Origin: Candidatus Parcubacteria bacterium
Lineage (GTDB): Bacteria; Patescibacteriota; Minisyncoccia; Phycocordibacterales; Zambryskibacteraceae
Assembly (NCBI GenBank): GCA_019661865.1
Contig: JAIFWJ010000003.1
Span: forward strand, 15,441-79,440
Direction of reading: 5' to 3'
Length of the DNA: 64,000 nt
Positions 38,615 through 52,122 of the stretch are shown here, piece after piece. Position 1 is the first letter of the stretch. Each line of letters begins with the position of its first letter. A model generated the notes under the pieces. That model was not told the DNA's origin and did no database searches. It worked only from the letters and a program-made list of their open reading frames with translations. Both the position numbers and the translations under genes were made by a program.

Positions 38615-38977
38615 ATGCTAAAAATGAGGTTACAGAGAGTGGGGAGGAAACACGAGCCTACATTCAGGCTTGTTTTAACTGACTCGAAGAACTCTACTAA
38701 GAGCGGCCGATTCAAGGAGATTCTTGGATCCTTCGATGCTAGGAAGACCACAGAGGCCTTCAAGACAGAGCGCATCAACCATTGGCTCTCCCAGGGTATT
38801 AGTCTTACTCCTACAGTTCACAATCTTTTCATTACCCACGGACTCATAAAGGGCACTAAGAAGAATGTCCTCCCTAGAAAGACTCCTATAGTTAAAGAAG
38901 TTAAGGAAACTCCAGTAGTAGAAACGCCTGTTGAGGCAGTAGCAGAGACTCCAGTATCTACAGAGACCGAGGCTTAA
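38615..38977 (+). CDS. rpsP: 30S ribosomal protein bS16
   Basis: MLKMRLQRVGRKH.P.FR; ATG 7 nt after the -10 of TTGACC-N17-TACTCT. Confidence 0.95.
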   Translation: MLKMRLQRVGRKHEPTFRLVLTDSKNSTKSGRFKEILGSFDARKTTEAFKTERINHWLSQGISLTPTVHNLFITHGLIKGTKKNVLPRKTPIVKEVKETPVVETPVEAVAETPVSTETEA

Positions 38978-39042
38978 CCATGTTACAATAGAGTAAGGCA
39001 GCGAGACGCTGCATGCACATTTATTCCACATAACTGACCAAC

Positions 39043-39366
39043 ATGACTGACGATACGCAATTTCTTGAATTCGTGGTGAAGGCGCTTGTCGACCATCCGA
39101 ACGATGTAAAGATACAAAGAACAGTAGATGAAATGGGAGTGCTTATGACTCTCGACGTCCATCCCGACGATATGGGCAAGGTTATCGGCCGCTCAGGTAA
39201 TACTGCCAAGGCCATCCGCATACTTTTGAGAGTGGTAGGTATGAAAAATAATGCCCGTGTGAATTTAAAAATAAATGAGCCTCAAGGCGGACCCTCACGT
39301 GATGAGCGTAATTCCTACGCAGGCAAGTCGCTCGACCAAGCGATGCAAGATTTAGATTTGGGATAA
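39043..39366 (+). CDS. khpA: KH-domain RNA-binding protein KhpA
   Basis: DMGKVIGRSGNTAKAIR; position between rpsP and trmD. Confidence 0.92.
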   Translation: MTDDTQFLEFVVKALVDHPNDVKIQRTVDEMGVLMTLDVHPDDMGKVIGRSGNTAKAIRILLRVVGMKNNARVNLKINEPQGGPSRDERNSYAGKSLDQAMQDLDLG

Positions 39367-39385
39367 ATTAGATAAAAAGATAAAA

Positions 39386-39414
39386 GAAACGCCGGCCCAT
39401 AGGGTCGGCGTTTC
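39386..39414. terminator. Terminator between khpA and the convergent orphan gene
   Basis: GAAACGCCGGCCC-ATA-GGGTCGGCGTTTC. Confidence 0.75.
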
Positions 39415-39441
39415 GCGTGTGGTTAGAGCGTGTGGTTAGAG
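39415..39441 (+). repeat. Tandem 13-bp duplication GCGTGTGGTTAGA x2
   Basis: Read directly; duplicates the stop-codon region of the 39436-39750 gene. Confidence 0.9.
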
Positions 39442-39750
39442 GTAGAGAATGGCGTCCTGGTGATTTCGACTGGGATGAGAAACCCTCCATGTGCGAAATC
39501 CCTTTCCAATCTCATTCATGCAGTGAAGCAGGAAGAGACAGAAGGAGATTATACAGATGATTGCCATGAGATCCATGCTGAATCCCAATACCTGGCATTC
39601 CCAGTTCGACATTGGAACGAGTGTTCTCCCACTTTTGAAGATGAGAGCCGCATCCTCGAACGACTTGGCACTAATCCCAAGAAGGGAAGAGCCGATGACG
39701 GTGAAGCTGAGCCACGACACGAAGCTGAAGAGGAACTTGATTTGACGCAT
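39436..39750 (-). CDS. Orphan 2-TM membrane protein, stand-alone unit
   Basis: Two hydrophobic segments; TTGACA-N18-TATACT promoter at 39793-39822; GGGAG SD. Confidence 0.6.
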   Translation of the reverse strand: MRQIKFLFSFVSWLSFTVIGSSLLGISAKSFEDAALIFKSGRTLVPMSNWECQVLGFSMDLMAIICIISFCLFLLHCMNEIGKGFRTWRVSHPSRNHQDAILYL

Positions 39751-39850
39751 ATCTCTCCCGGAAGAGAAGGTGATGCTGCGCTGACTGTTTGAAGTATATC
39801 ATACTATTGTGAGACTTGTCAAGTAGGTAGAAATAGGCTAGGGTAGGGGA

Positions 39851-40501
39851 ATGGAATTTCATATTATTAGCCTTTTTCCCAAGGCCTTCGACTCCTATCT
39901 CGGCGAGTCAATTTTGAAGCGTGCCATAGAAGATAAGAAGCTTAAGGTCTCTTTCTATAACCCTCGGGATTTTGCAAATAATAAATGGAGTCGCATCGAT
40001 CGTCCGCCATATGCTGGCGGTCCAGGTATGGTTATTCAGGCCGAGCCAGTCGTTAAAGCAATTGAAGCTGCGAAGAAAAAAATTGGTAATAAGAAATATA
40101 AAATAATTTTCTTGAGTCCGTCTGGTAAACAGTTTACGAATGAATATGCTAAGAAAGTAGCGAAGACTTATAAGCACATAATCATTGTCTCAGGTCGTTA
40201 TGAAGGTATAGATGCCAGAGTGAAAAAGGTTTTCAAAGTGGAAGATATATCTATAGGCCCTTTTGTACTCACTGGCGGTGAGTTACCAGCTGAGATTATC
40301 ATTGATGTAGTATCACGCCAGGTTCCGGGTATACTCGGAAACTTCGGTTCATTAGAAGAGTCTCGTACTACATCTCCAGATGTTTATACTCGCCCAGAAG
40401 TCTTCAGATATAAAGGTAAGAACTACAAAGTGCCGAAGGTGCTTCTCTCTGGAAACAGAGCTAAAATTGAATTATGGAGAAAGAAACGAGCTGGAAAATA
40501 A
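39851..40501 (+). CDS. trmD: tRNA (guanine37-N1)-methyltransferase
   Basis: PYAGGPGMV, GRYEGIDARV, SIG.FVLTGGE, YTRP. Confidence 0.96.
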   Translation: MEFHIISLFPKAFDSYLGESILKRAIEDKKLKVSFYNPRDFANNKWSRIDRPPYAGGPGMVIQAEPVVKAIEAAKKKIGNKKYKIIFLSPSGKQFTNEYAKKVAKTYKHIIIVSGRYEGIDARVKKVFKVEDISIGPFVLTGGELPAEIIIDVVSRQVPGILGNFGSLEESRTTSPDVYTRPEVFRYKGKNYKVPKVLLSGNRAKIELWRKKRAGK

Positions 40502-41505
40502 TTATCTTCGCTGCCTTGGTACTCTTGGTTCTTTCGCTTGTGTATCGCTCGAAGAGTGAGATAAAGTACTTCCAAAGTGTCAGCCAGAACATTGTACTTC
40601 CTCGAACCACAAGTGTTCTCTTCGTCGGTGACATAATGCTCGACAGAATGGTGAGACAGATCATTGACTCGAATGGATTCGAATCTATCGTGGAGAGTAT
40701 TCAGCCACTCTTCGCAAATCTTGATATGGCGGTAGGGAACCTGGAAGGAACCGTAACAGCTAATACCTCTCTTTCTGCCAAGAATTATAAAATTTTAAGA
40801 TTCACCTTCGCTTCGACTACCCTGCCAGCACTTAAGAGTCTGGGTTTCAATGTGCTCGGCCTAGCGAACAATCATGCACTCGACTTCGGTGCAGATGGAT
40901 ATGATGAAACTGTTAAGAATTTAGAGGCTGCAGGAATTTCTTTCTTCGGTTCCCCTCTTAATAATAAAAATTTATCTACCAAGGTCCGAGTGAATGATGA
41001 GGACATGTGTTTTATCGGTTTTCATGCACTTTATAATCCGGATGTATCTACAGTATTGGATGAGATAAATAAAGTTAAAGATGGTTGCAGCTTCCTGGTA
41101 GTCTTCGCTCATTGGGGAGTCGAATACAATCAGAAGGTCACAAATGCCCAGAGAGTATCTGCACACCAGTTTATAGATGTGGGGGCAGATCTAGTCTTGG
41201 GTGCACATCCACATGTCATAGAACCTGTGGAGGTTTATAAAGACAAGGCGATCTTCTACTCTCTAGGAAACTTCATCTTCGACCAGAACTTCTCTCTAGC
41301 CACTCGCCAGGGTCTCGCCGTAAGGATGGAGCTCTCGAAGTCGAAAGTTGACTACCACTTGATCGGTATTCAGATGGATAGAGACCACTTGGTATTTCCA
41401 GAAAAGGAAGCTTTCCAGCCCGAGACCAATATTCTTATTTCAGAGCTCTCAGAAGCTCTTAAACAGACAGTGGATATCGACTCTGTACTTGAGCTTTCTA
41501 GGTAG
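40474..41505 (+). CDS. CapA-family metallophosphoesterase
   Basis: VGDIML, GNLEG, LANNH..DFG, HWG.EY, GAHPHV, YSLGNF. Confidence 0.9.
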   Translation: MEKETSWKIIIFAALVLLVLSLVYRSKSEIKYFQSVSQNIVLPRTTSVLFVGDIMLDRMVRQIIDSNGFESIVESIQPLFANLDMAVGNLEGTVTANTSLSAKNYKILRFTFASTTLPALKSLGFNVLGLANNHALDFGADGYDETVKNLEAAGISFFGSPLNNKNLSTKVRVNDEDMCFIGFHALYNPDVSTVLDEINKVKDGCSFLVVFAHWGVEYNQKVTNAQRVSAHQFIDVGADLVLGAHPHVIEPVEVYKDKAIFYSLGNFIFDQNFSLATRQGLAVRMELSKSKVDYHLIGIQMDRDHLVFPEKEAFQPETNILISELSEALKQTVDIDSVLELSR

Positions 41506-41539
41506 TAGACTTATAAGTAGTTAATAGTCAATAAACAAT

Positions 41540-41959
41540 ATGAATTCACATTTTTGGGTTGCGGTTGTGGCTGCAATAGTTAACTTCGCTATAGGTTGGG
41601 CATGGTACTCGAAGCTCTTTGGCAAGACTTGGATGCATTATATGGGTATACAGAATATGCCAAGTCCTTCTGATCCTGAGATGAAGAAGATGATGACGAA
41701 GAGTATGATCATTAACTTCGTTACTACCTTCATTACCACTTACTTCTTCTACTCTATAGCTGTATCTATATACGGCGCTTCAGCAGGTCTCTCTAGCTTT
41801 ATCTTCCTGGCAATCATCATTTGGGTAGCATTCATGATGCCACTTGAGATAGGCAAGGTCTTATGGGAAAAGAAACCTTGGAAGCTTGTACTCTTAAACG
41901 GAGGCCAGCAACTTGTCTCCCTCATCGTCGCCGGTATCGTCTACGTCATCTGGTATTAA
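41540..41959 (+). CDS. DUF1761-like 4-TM membrane protein
   Basis: IGWAWYSKLFGKTW pattern, LWEKKPWKL..LNGG. Confidence 0.75.
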   Translation: MNSHFWVAVVAAIVNFAIGWAWYSKLFGKTWMHYMGIQNMPSPSDPEMKKMMTKSMIINFVTTFITTYFFYSIAVSIYGASAGLSSFIFLAIIIWVAFMMPLEIGKVLWEKKPWKLVLLNGGQQLVSLIVAGIVYVIWY

Positions 41960-41978
41960 TCTGCCTGTTCTGTCGTAA

Positions 41979-42010
41979 ACAAAGGCCCTAACTCTAGGGT
42001 CTTTGTTTGT
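41979..42010 (+). terminator. Intrinsic terminator
   Basis: ACAAAGGCCCT...AGGGTCTTTGT followed by TTGT. Confidence 0.65.
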
Positions 42011-42025
42011 AAAGTGGATAAGCAG

Positions 42026-42054
42026 TTGACACATTTTGGGACGTAATCTATACT
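42026..42054 (+). promoter_or_regulatory. Sigma70 promoter of the rpoBC operon
   Basis: TTGACA-N17-TATACT. Confidence 0.8.
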
Positions 42055-42196
42055 ATGTTTATCTTCAACTGATTGAGTAATGGCATGAAGAAGGTAGCTA
42101 GAACCGTTTCTTCATAGATAAGTGCGATTTTTATAAGTTTTATAAAGGTTTAAGAACTCCGGGGTAGCTCCTCGTGAGTTAATCATCGTTATATAG

Positions 42197-45100
42197 ATGC
42201 CTACAACTACCAAAAAAAGGGAGAAGAAGTCTTTCGGTCGCTTCCGTGAGCCTCTCACGGACATGCCGGATCTTGTAGTATCCCAGGTGGAAAGCTTCAA
42301 GTGGCTAATTGAGAAGGGTCTTAAGGAAGTGTTCGAGGAGTTCTCTTCCATAAAGGATTTCTCAGAGAGGAAGTTCCAGTTAGACTTCGTCGGATTCGAA
42401 CTAGACAAGCCTAAGTTAACTGAGTATGAGGCTAAGGACAGGAAGGTCTCCTACGAGGCTTCTCTTAAGGTGCGCATTCGTTTAAAGAATTTTATTCAGA
42501 AGTCTGAGAAGGAGCAGGAGCTCTTCATGGCAGATCTGCCCCTCATGACTAACCATGGTACCTTCATTATCTCGGGTATCGAACGCGTCATCGTGCCACA
42601 ACTAGCACGATCCTTCGGCGTATTCTTCACCTCTCAAGAAGTTAAGGGTAAGAAGACCTTCGGAGCCAAGATCATCCCTGGTCGCGGTGCTTGGATCGAG
42701 TTCGAGACCGACCATGATGGAGTTATAAATGTCCGCATAGATAGAAAGAGGAAGTTCCCTGTAACAGTTCTTCTCCGCGCCTTCGGTGCTACTACTAATG
42801 AGAAGATTCTAGCTCTCTTTAACGATAAGCCTGAAGTGAAGCATTACATTGAGAAGACTCTTGCCAAGGATCACACCGTAAGCGCAGACGAATCGGTTAT
42901 TGAAATTCATAAGAAGCTCCGTGACGGAGACCTGGCAGCAGCCGACAATGCTCGAGAGTTCGTAGATTCGATCTTTAATGCCGAACGGTATGACTTCTCA
43001 CGGGTCGGACGTTTCCGTTTCAACAACAGGTTCGGTCTTAAAATGAGTGAGAAAGAGATGGACAGAAGGACTCTCTCTATGGATGATCTTTCCATCATCG
43101 TTTCCCACATCGCTCACTTGAATGCTACCCCTGGAAGTCCGGCGGACGACATTGATCACCTCGGAAGTCGTCGTGTGCGATATGTAGGTGAACTTTTCCA
43201 GCAGAAGATCCGTGTCGGTATGGCTCAGATAAAGAGAAATATTCAGAACAGAATGTCTACCAACGATACTGATGTCACTCTCCCAGTGCAATTCATTTCT
43301 CCTAAACCTCTTCAAGCTCGTATTAAAGAATTTTTCACTACTAACCAGCTCTCGCAGTTTATGCAGCAAGAGAATGCGCTTACAGAGATAGAACACTTGC
43401 GCACTCTCTCTGCTCTTGGCCCTGGAGGACTTAACCGCGCTCGTGCTGGATACGAAGTCCGCGATGTGCACCCTTCTCACTACGGCAGACTCTGTCCAAT
43501 ACATACACCTGAAGGACCGAACATTGGTCTCATCTTACGTCTTGCATCTTATGCTCGGGTAAATGACTTCGGCATGATTGAAACTCCTTACTCGGTAGTA
43601 GAGAAGGGAGTAGTAACAGGAGAAATTAAATTTCTAAATGCACTTGAAGAAGAGCAGTGGAATATCGCCCATGCCGCAACCTTAGTGGAGAATAACAAAA
43701 TTGTAGAAAAGATCGTTGATGTCCGTCACAAGGGTGAGCCTCATAATGTACGCCGCGAGGACGTGCACTACATAGACGTGGCTACTAACCAGGCCTTCTC
43801 CATTGCTACTTCGATGATCCCGTTTCTTAACCACGATGATGCTAACCGCGCACTGATGGGTTCGAACATGCAGAAACAGGCTACTCCTTGTATCTTGCCC
43901 GAAGCACCACTTGTCGCCACAGGTATAGAAGAGAAGGCTGTGAGAGACACAGGCAGACTTGTCCTTGCTCCAGAAGCTGGAGTAGTGACATTTGTCGATG
44001 GTAAAAAGGTTGTGATGAAAGGTAACTCTGGTAAGGAGCATACATTCCCACTAGTAAACTTCTCCATGACAAATGGCTTCACAGTATTTCATCAGAGACC
44101 TTCAGTCGAAATCGATCAGAAAGTGAAGAAGGGTGAGGTGCTTGCAGACACATCAGCCTCGGATGGTGGACAGATGGCACTTGGACAGAACATCCTTGTA
44201 GCCTTCATGTCATGGTCAGGATCGAACTATGAAGACGCTATCATTCTTTCAGAAAGACTTGTAAAAGAGTCGAAGTTTACATCAATCCATATAGAAGACT
44301 TCATTGTTAACGTTCGCGACACCAAGCTTGGGCCTGAAATTACTACTTGCGATATTCCAAACGTGGGCGAGTCGAAGCTCAAAAACCTTGCAGAAGATGG
44401 TATCGTCCGTGTCGGTGCAGAAGTTCGTCCCGGAGACATATTGGTAGGTAAGATTACTCCTAAGGGTGAGTCACAGTTAACTCCGGAAGAGCGCCTCCTC
44501 CGCTCCCTCTTCGGTGAGAAAGCAAGAGATGTAAAGGATACTTCCAAGCGCATGGAAGGAGGCAAGCGTGGACGTGTCATATCGGTACAAGTATTCTCTC
44601 GAGAGAGAGGAGACAAACTTGAGTCTGGAATTTTGAAGCAGATTCACATTCAAGTTGCTCAACTTAGAAATGTTTCAGTGGGAGACAAGCTTGCAGGTCG
44701 TCACGGTAACAAGGGAGTTATCTCGAAGATTTTACCCGTAGAAGAAATGCCTTACATGGCAGATGGAACTCCTATAGACATTATTCTTACACCTCTCGGT
44801 GTGCCGTCACGTATGAACTTGGGTCAGATTCTGGAGATGCATCTTGGTCTTGCTGCACACACACTTAATTACCAAGCCATCGTTCCTCCATTCGCAGGTG
44901 CGACTGAAGATGAAATTAAATCTGAACTTGTAAAAGCAGGATTTAAGCAGAGCGGTAAAGTGAGACTCTATGACGGTCGCACAGGAGAGCAATTCGATCA
45001 GGAGATTGCGGTCGGATACATGTATATCTTGAAACTTCACCATATGGTTGAAGACAAGATCCACATGCGCTCCATAGGTCCATACTCACTCATCACTCAG

Positions 45101-45382
45101 CAACCTCTGGGAGGCAAGGCTCAGAACGGAGGTCAGCGCTTCGGAGAAATGGAAGTCTGGGCACTCTTGGGTCACGGAGTAGGACACACTCTACGCGAGA
45201 TGTTAACTATTAAGTCTGACGATATCCAAGGACGCTCAGCCACCTTCGATTCTATTGTGAAGGGCGAGAAGATTCAGGAACCAGGTACTCCCGCATCATT
45301 TAATGTGCTTGTTAATAACCTTCGTGGTCTTGCTCTCGATGTAGATGTTGAGAAGGATCATAAAGAACCAAATAACGAATAG
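42197..45382 (+). CDS. rpoB: RNA polymerase beta subunit
   Basis: TPEGPNIGL, RALMGSNMQ, GDKLAGRHGNKG, GGQRFGEMEVWAL. Confidence 0.98.
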   Translation: MPTTTKKREKKSFGRFREPLTDMPDLVVSQVESFKWLIEKGLKEVFEEFSSIKDFSERKFQLDFVGFELDKPKLTEYEAKDRKVSYEASLKVRIRLKNFIQKSEKEQELFMADLPLMTNHGTFIISGIERVIVPQLARSFGVFFTSQEVKGKKTFGAKIIPGRGAWIEFETDHDGVINVRIDRKRKFPVTVLLRAFGATTNEKILALFNDKPEVKHYIEKTLAKDHTVSADESVIEIHKKLRDGDLAAADNAREFVDSIFNAERYDFSRVGRFRFNNRFGLKMSEKEMDRRTLSMDDLSIIVSHIAHLNATPGSPADDIDHLGSRRVRYVGELFQQKIRVGMAQIKRNIQNRMSTNDTDVTLPVQFISPKPLQARIKEFFTTNQLSQFMQQENALTEIEHLRTLSALGPGGLNRARAGYEVRDVHPSHYGRLCPIHTPEGPNIGLILRLASYARVNDFGMIETPYSVVEKGVVTGEIKFLNALEEEQWNIAHAATLVENNKIVEKIVDVRHKGEPHNVRREDVHYIDVATNQAFSIATSMIPFLNHDDANRALMGSNMQKQATPCILPEAPLVATGIEEKAVRDTGRLVLAPEAGVVTFVDGKKVVMKGNSGKEHTFPLVNFSMTNGFTVFHQRPSVEIDQKVKKGEVLADTSASDGGQMALGQNILVAFMSWSGSNYEDAIILSERLVKESKFTSIHIEDFIVNVRDTKLGPEITTCDIPNVGESKLKNLAEDGIVRVGAEVRPGDILVGKITPKGESQLTPEERLLRSLFGEKARDVKDTSKRMEGGKRGRVISVQVFSRERGDKLESGILKQIHIQVAQLRNVSVGDKLAGRHGNKGVISKILPVEEMPYMADGTPIDIILTPLGVPSRMNLGQILEMHLGLAAHTLNYQAIVPPFAGATEDEIKSELVKAGFKQSGKVRLYDGRTGEQFDQEIAVGYMYILKLHHMVEDKIHMRSIGPYSLITQQPLGGKAQNGGQRFGEMEVWALLGHGVGHTLREMLTIKSDDIQGRSATFDSIVKGEKIQEPGTPASFNVLVNNLRGLALDVDVEKDHKEPNNE

Positions 45383-45386
45383 TCTT

Positions 45387-49043
<3,657 letters not shown>

Positions 49044-50599
49044 ATATAGCCGAAGTCATTGGCTCATACATTCCACTCCAAAAAGCGGGCGCAAATTTCA
49101 AAGCCAAGTGTCCATTCCACAACGAGAAAACAGCGTCGTTCTTCATCTCAGAATCTCGCCAAAGTTATTATTGCTTTGGTTGCGGAGTTAAGGGTGACAT
49201 CTTCACATTTGTTGAAGAACAAGAAGGTCTGGACTTTAAAGGTGCTCTGAAATTACTCGCAGATAAAGCCGGGATCCAACTCAAGTTTGAGAAAACTGAG
49301 TCTCGCAAAGCAGATGATAAGCTCATTGAAAGTTTAGAAGCAGCCACCAGCTTTTTCGAAGAAGAACTTGAAAAAAATAATAAAGCTCGAGAGTACCTTA
49401 AATCACGTGGAGTGAATAAAGAAAGCATCAAGCTCTGGCGTATTGGCTTCGCTCCGGATGAATGGCGATCGCTATTCTCTTATCTTACCCAGATTGGATT
49501 CGATGAAGCCACACTTCTTCGCGCAGGATTGGTTAAACGTGGAGAAGAGAAAGAGAGAACTCCATATGACGTCTTCAGAAATAGGATCATATTCCCACTG
49601 TTTGATCCCTCTGGAAAAGTTGTAGCATTCTCCGGCCGGGCGCTAGATCCCGAGACATTACCGAAGTATCTAAACAGTCCTGACACGCCTCTCTTCAAGA
49701 AGAGTGAATTGCTTTATGGTCTGGATAAGGCTAAGAGTGAAATAAGAAAGAAAAATTATTCTGTGCTTGTAGAAGGACAGATGGACTTGGTATTGTCACA
49801 CCAAGCTCTGGTTAAGAATACTGTAGCTACCTCTGGTACAGCATTTACAAACCTCCACCTCGAGCGCCTTAAAAGACTTTCTTCTAGAATTCTCCTGGCC
49901 TTCGATGCAGATCAGGCTGGGGAGAAGGCGTCAGAGAGAAGTGCCGAGCTAGCTATGAGCCTTGGACTTGAGGTAAAGATAGCCTCACTTCAAGAAGGAA
50001 AAGATCCTGCAGACTTGGTACGCGAGTCGGAAGATAAGTGGAAGGATAGTTTAAGAGCCTCGATACCAGCTATAGAGCACTTCTTGAATAAAATTGTCGA
50101 AAGGGAAAAGGATACTCGCAAGATTGGACAAGAGATAATAAAGAAAATTTTACCTCTAGTCTCGCTTCTAAGAAGCTCTATCGAACAATCTCATTTCGTC
50201 TCGCTCATAACTAAGAAAACTGGAATTAAGGAAGAAATTATCTGGGACGATTTGAAGAGAATAAAAGTCAGTGTAACTGTAGATAAGGAGAATACAGTAG
50301 ACAAGAAACAAGAAGCTGAAAGAAGAACCCTCAAAGAAAGAGTAGAAGACAAGTTAAATGAAGTTGTAGTCTGGATTGAAGATCTTCCAGAGGATAGCGA
50401 CGAGCGCAAAGATCTTAAGAAGGAAGCAGATGAACTTAGGGCTAGATTATCCCTCATATTAATGGAAGAAGAAATTGCCACTCTTAAGAGAAGCCTCTTG
50501 AGTGGAGAGGAGGATGCTCTTTTAAGAATCCAGCAGTTGAATAGTAGGCTGGATGAAGAGAAGAGGAAAATAGTGTAATATAAAAAGTTATAGAAATTA

Positions 50600-51808
50600 A
50601 TGGCAAAGTCCAAGAAACAAAAGAATAAGCTCAAAAAGGTAGGGAGAAAGAGCCCTGCCAAGAAGACCAAGAGCAAGCCAGTAGTTAAGGTAGTGAAGAA
50701 GGCCAAGAAGGTTATAAAGGCAAAACCGCTTTCTAAGAAAGCTCAAGAGTTAGAGACAAAGATGAATAGACTGATCGCGAGAGGCAAGGCTCGCGGCTTC
50801 GTGACGTATGATGAAATTTTAAAAGAATTTCCAACCATAGAAGACAACATTGCCTTCTTGGATGATTTATATGCGAAACTGCATCAACTTGGTATAGATA
50901 TTTTGGACAGTGGAGGACTTTTAGAAGTGGCAAGTGACGAAGTGGATAGTAAGTATCACTCCAAGGGAGACTCTGCATACGATTCTATCCAAATGTATTT
51001 GAAAGAGATTGGTCAGTACCCACTTATCTCGGGCTCTATGGAGAAGGAGCTCGCCAAGCGCATAGAAGCTGGTGATGATGATGCTAAGAGTTTACTCATG
51101 AAGGCGAACTTACGCCTTGTAGTATCTATTGCCAAGAAGTATGCAAACAGGAGCCCTGACCTCACACTCCTTGATCTTATACAAGAAGGAAATCTAGGAC
51201 TTCATAAAGCTGTAGAAAAGTTCGATTGGACTAAGGGGTATAAATTTTCTACTTATGCCACATGGTGGATTCGCCAGGCTATTACTCGTGCTCTTGCTGA
51301 CCAGTCACGCACTATCCGTGTACCAGTGCATATGGTAGAAACCATTGCTAAGTACAAGCAGGTCGTACGTCGCCTTACCCAAGACCTCGGTCGCGAGCCT
51401 CTGGCAGAAGAAGTGGCTATGGAGATGAACCTCGATGTCGATAAAATTTATCAGATTGAAAAGATTGACCAGTCTACAGTCTCACTTGAGTCTCCAGTAG
51501 GTGATGAAGGCGATGATGGCAAGTCGAAGCTAGGTGACTTCCTGGCTGATGATAAGATTCTTTCTCCTGCAGAAGAGTCATCGCGCAGAATTATTTCTGA
51601 CCAAGTGCGTGAGATATTAAATGATCTTCCACCAAAGGAAAGGAAAATCTTGGAGATGCGCCACGGACTCTTGGATGGTTATACCCATACACTCGAAGAA
51701 GTAGGAAAAGTTTTCGGTGTTACCCGTGAGCGTATCAGACAGATCGAAGCCAAGGCTCATGAGAAGATCCGCCAGCACGAGAAGATAAATAGACTAAGAG
51801 GATATTAA
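50600..51808 (+). CDS. rpoD: Primary sigma factor
   Basis: Region 1.1, [38 protein letters not shown]; Lys-rich N-terminal tail. Confidence 0.97.
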   Translation: MAKSKKQKNKLKKVGRKSPAKKTKSKPVVKVVKKAKKVIKAKPLSKKAQELETKMNRLIARGKARGFVTYDEILKEFPTIEDNIAFLDDLYAKLHQLGIDILDSGGLLEVASDEVDSKYHSKGDSAYDSIQMYLKEIGQYPLISGSMEKELAKRIEAGDDDAKSLLMKANLRLVVSIAKKYANRSPDLTLLDLIQEGNLGLHKAVEKFDWTKGYKFSTYATWWIRQAITRALADQSRTIRVPVHMVETIAKYKQVVRRLTQDLGREPLAEEVAMEMNLDVDKIYQIEKIDQSTVSLESPVGDEGDDGKSKLGDFLADDKILSPAEESSRRIISDQVREILNDLPPKERKILEMRHGLLDGYTHTLEEVGKVFGVTRERIRQIEAKAHEKIRQHEKINRLRGY

Positions 51809-52031
51809 AATATGATAAGAAAAAACCGAACACTTGGGTGTCCGGTTTTGATTTGGAAGAGAGAATTACGCTAAGTGCTAAGATTATCGCCAGAAATGCC
51901 AGGATGGCGATCCGACGATTGCCCTTGTCACTTCTGTGACTCTCTAGATACAGGATAAAATTCTTGTAAAATGTCACAATTCCTGCTGCCATGAGAATCC
52001 AGGCTATGTATGTAATGTCGAAAGAAAACAC
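51735..52031 (-). CDS. Orphan 2-TM protein, apparently reading through its own terminator into rpoD
   Basis: Two TM segments; GTG start after GGGGGAG; terminator hairpin at 51822-51849 lies inside the ORF. Confidence 0.5.
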   Translation of the reverse strand: MFSFDITYIAWILMAAGIVTFYKNFILYLESHRSDKGNRRIAILAFLAIILALSVILSSKSKPDTQVFGFFLSYFNILLVYLSSRAGGSSHEPWLRSV

Positions 52032-52122
52032 GACTCCCCCATTTGCAAATGGTGATTTCTCATAATATCAAATCACAAAATTTGCAAAATGCAAGTGAAG
52101 TCTAACGTTATATAATGAGCCT

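Noticed and set aside
39430-39792. 120-aa plus-strand ORF between khpA and trmD
   Set aside because: Promoter, SD and terminator all support the minus-strand 39436-39750 gene instead.
12318-42021. DnaA-box-like 9-mers (TGTGGATAG near 12318, AGTGGATAA near 42013) as a replication origin
   Set aside because: They are isolated 8/9 matches with no cluster, no unwinding element and no dnaA or dnaN nearby.
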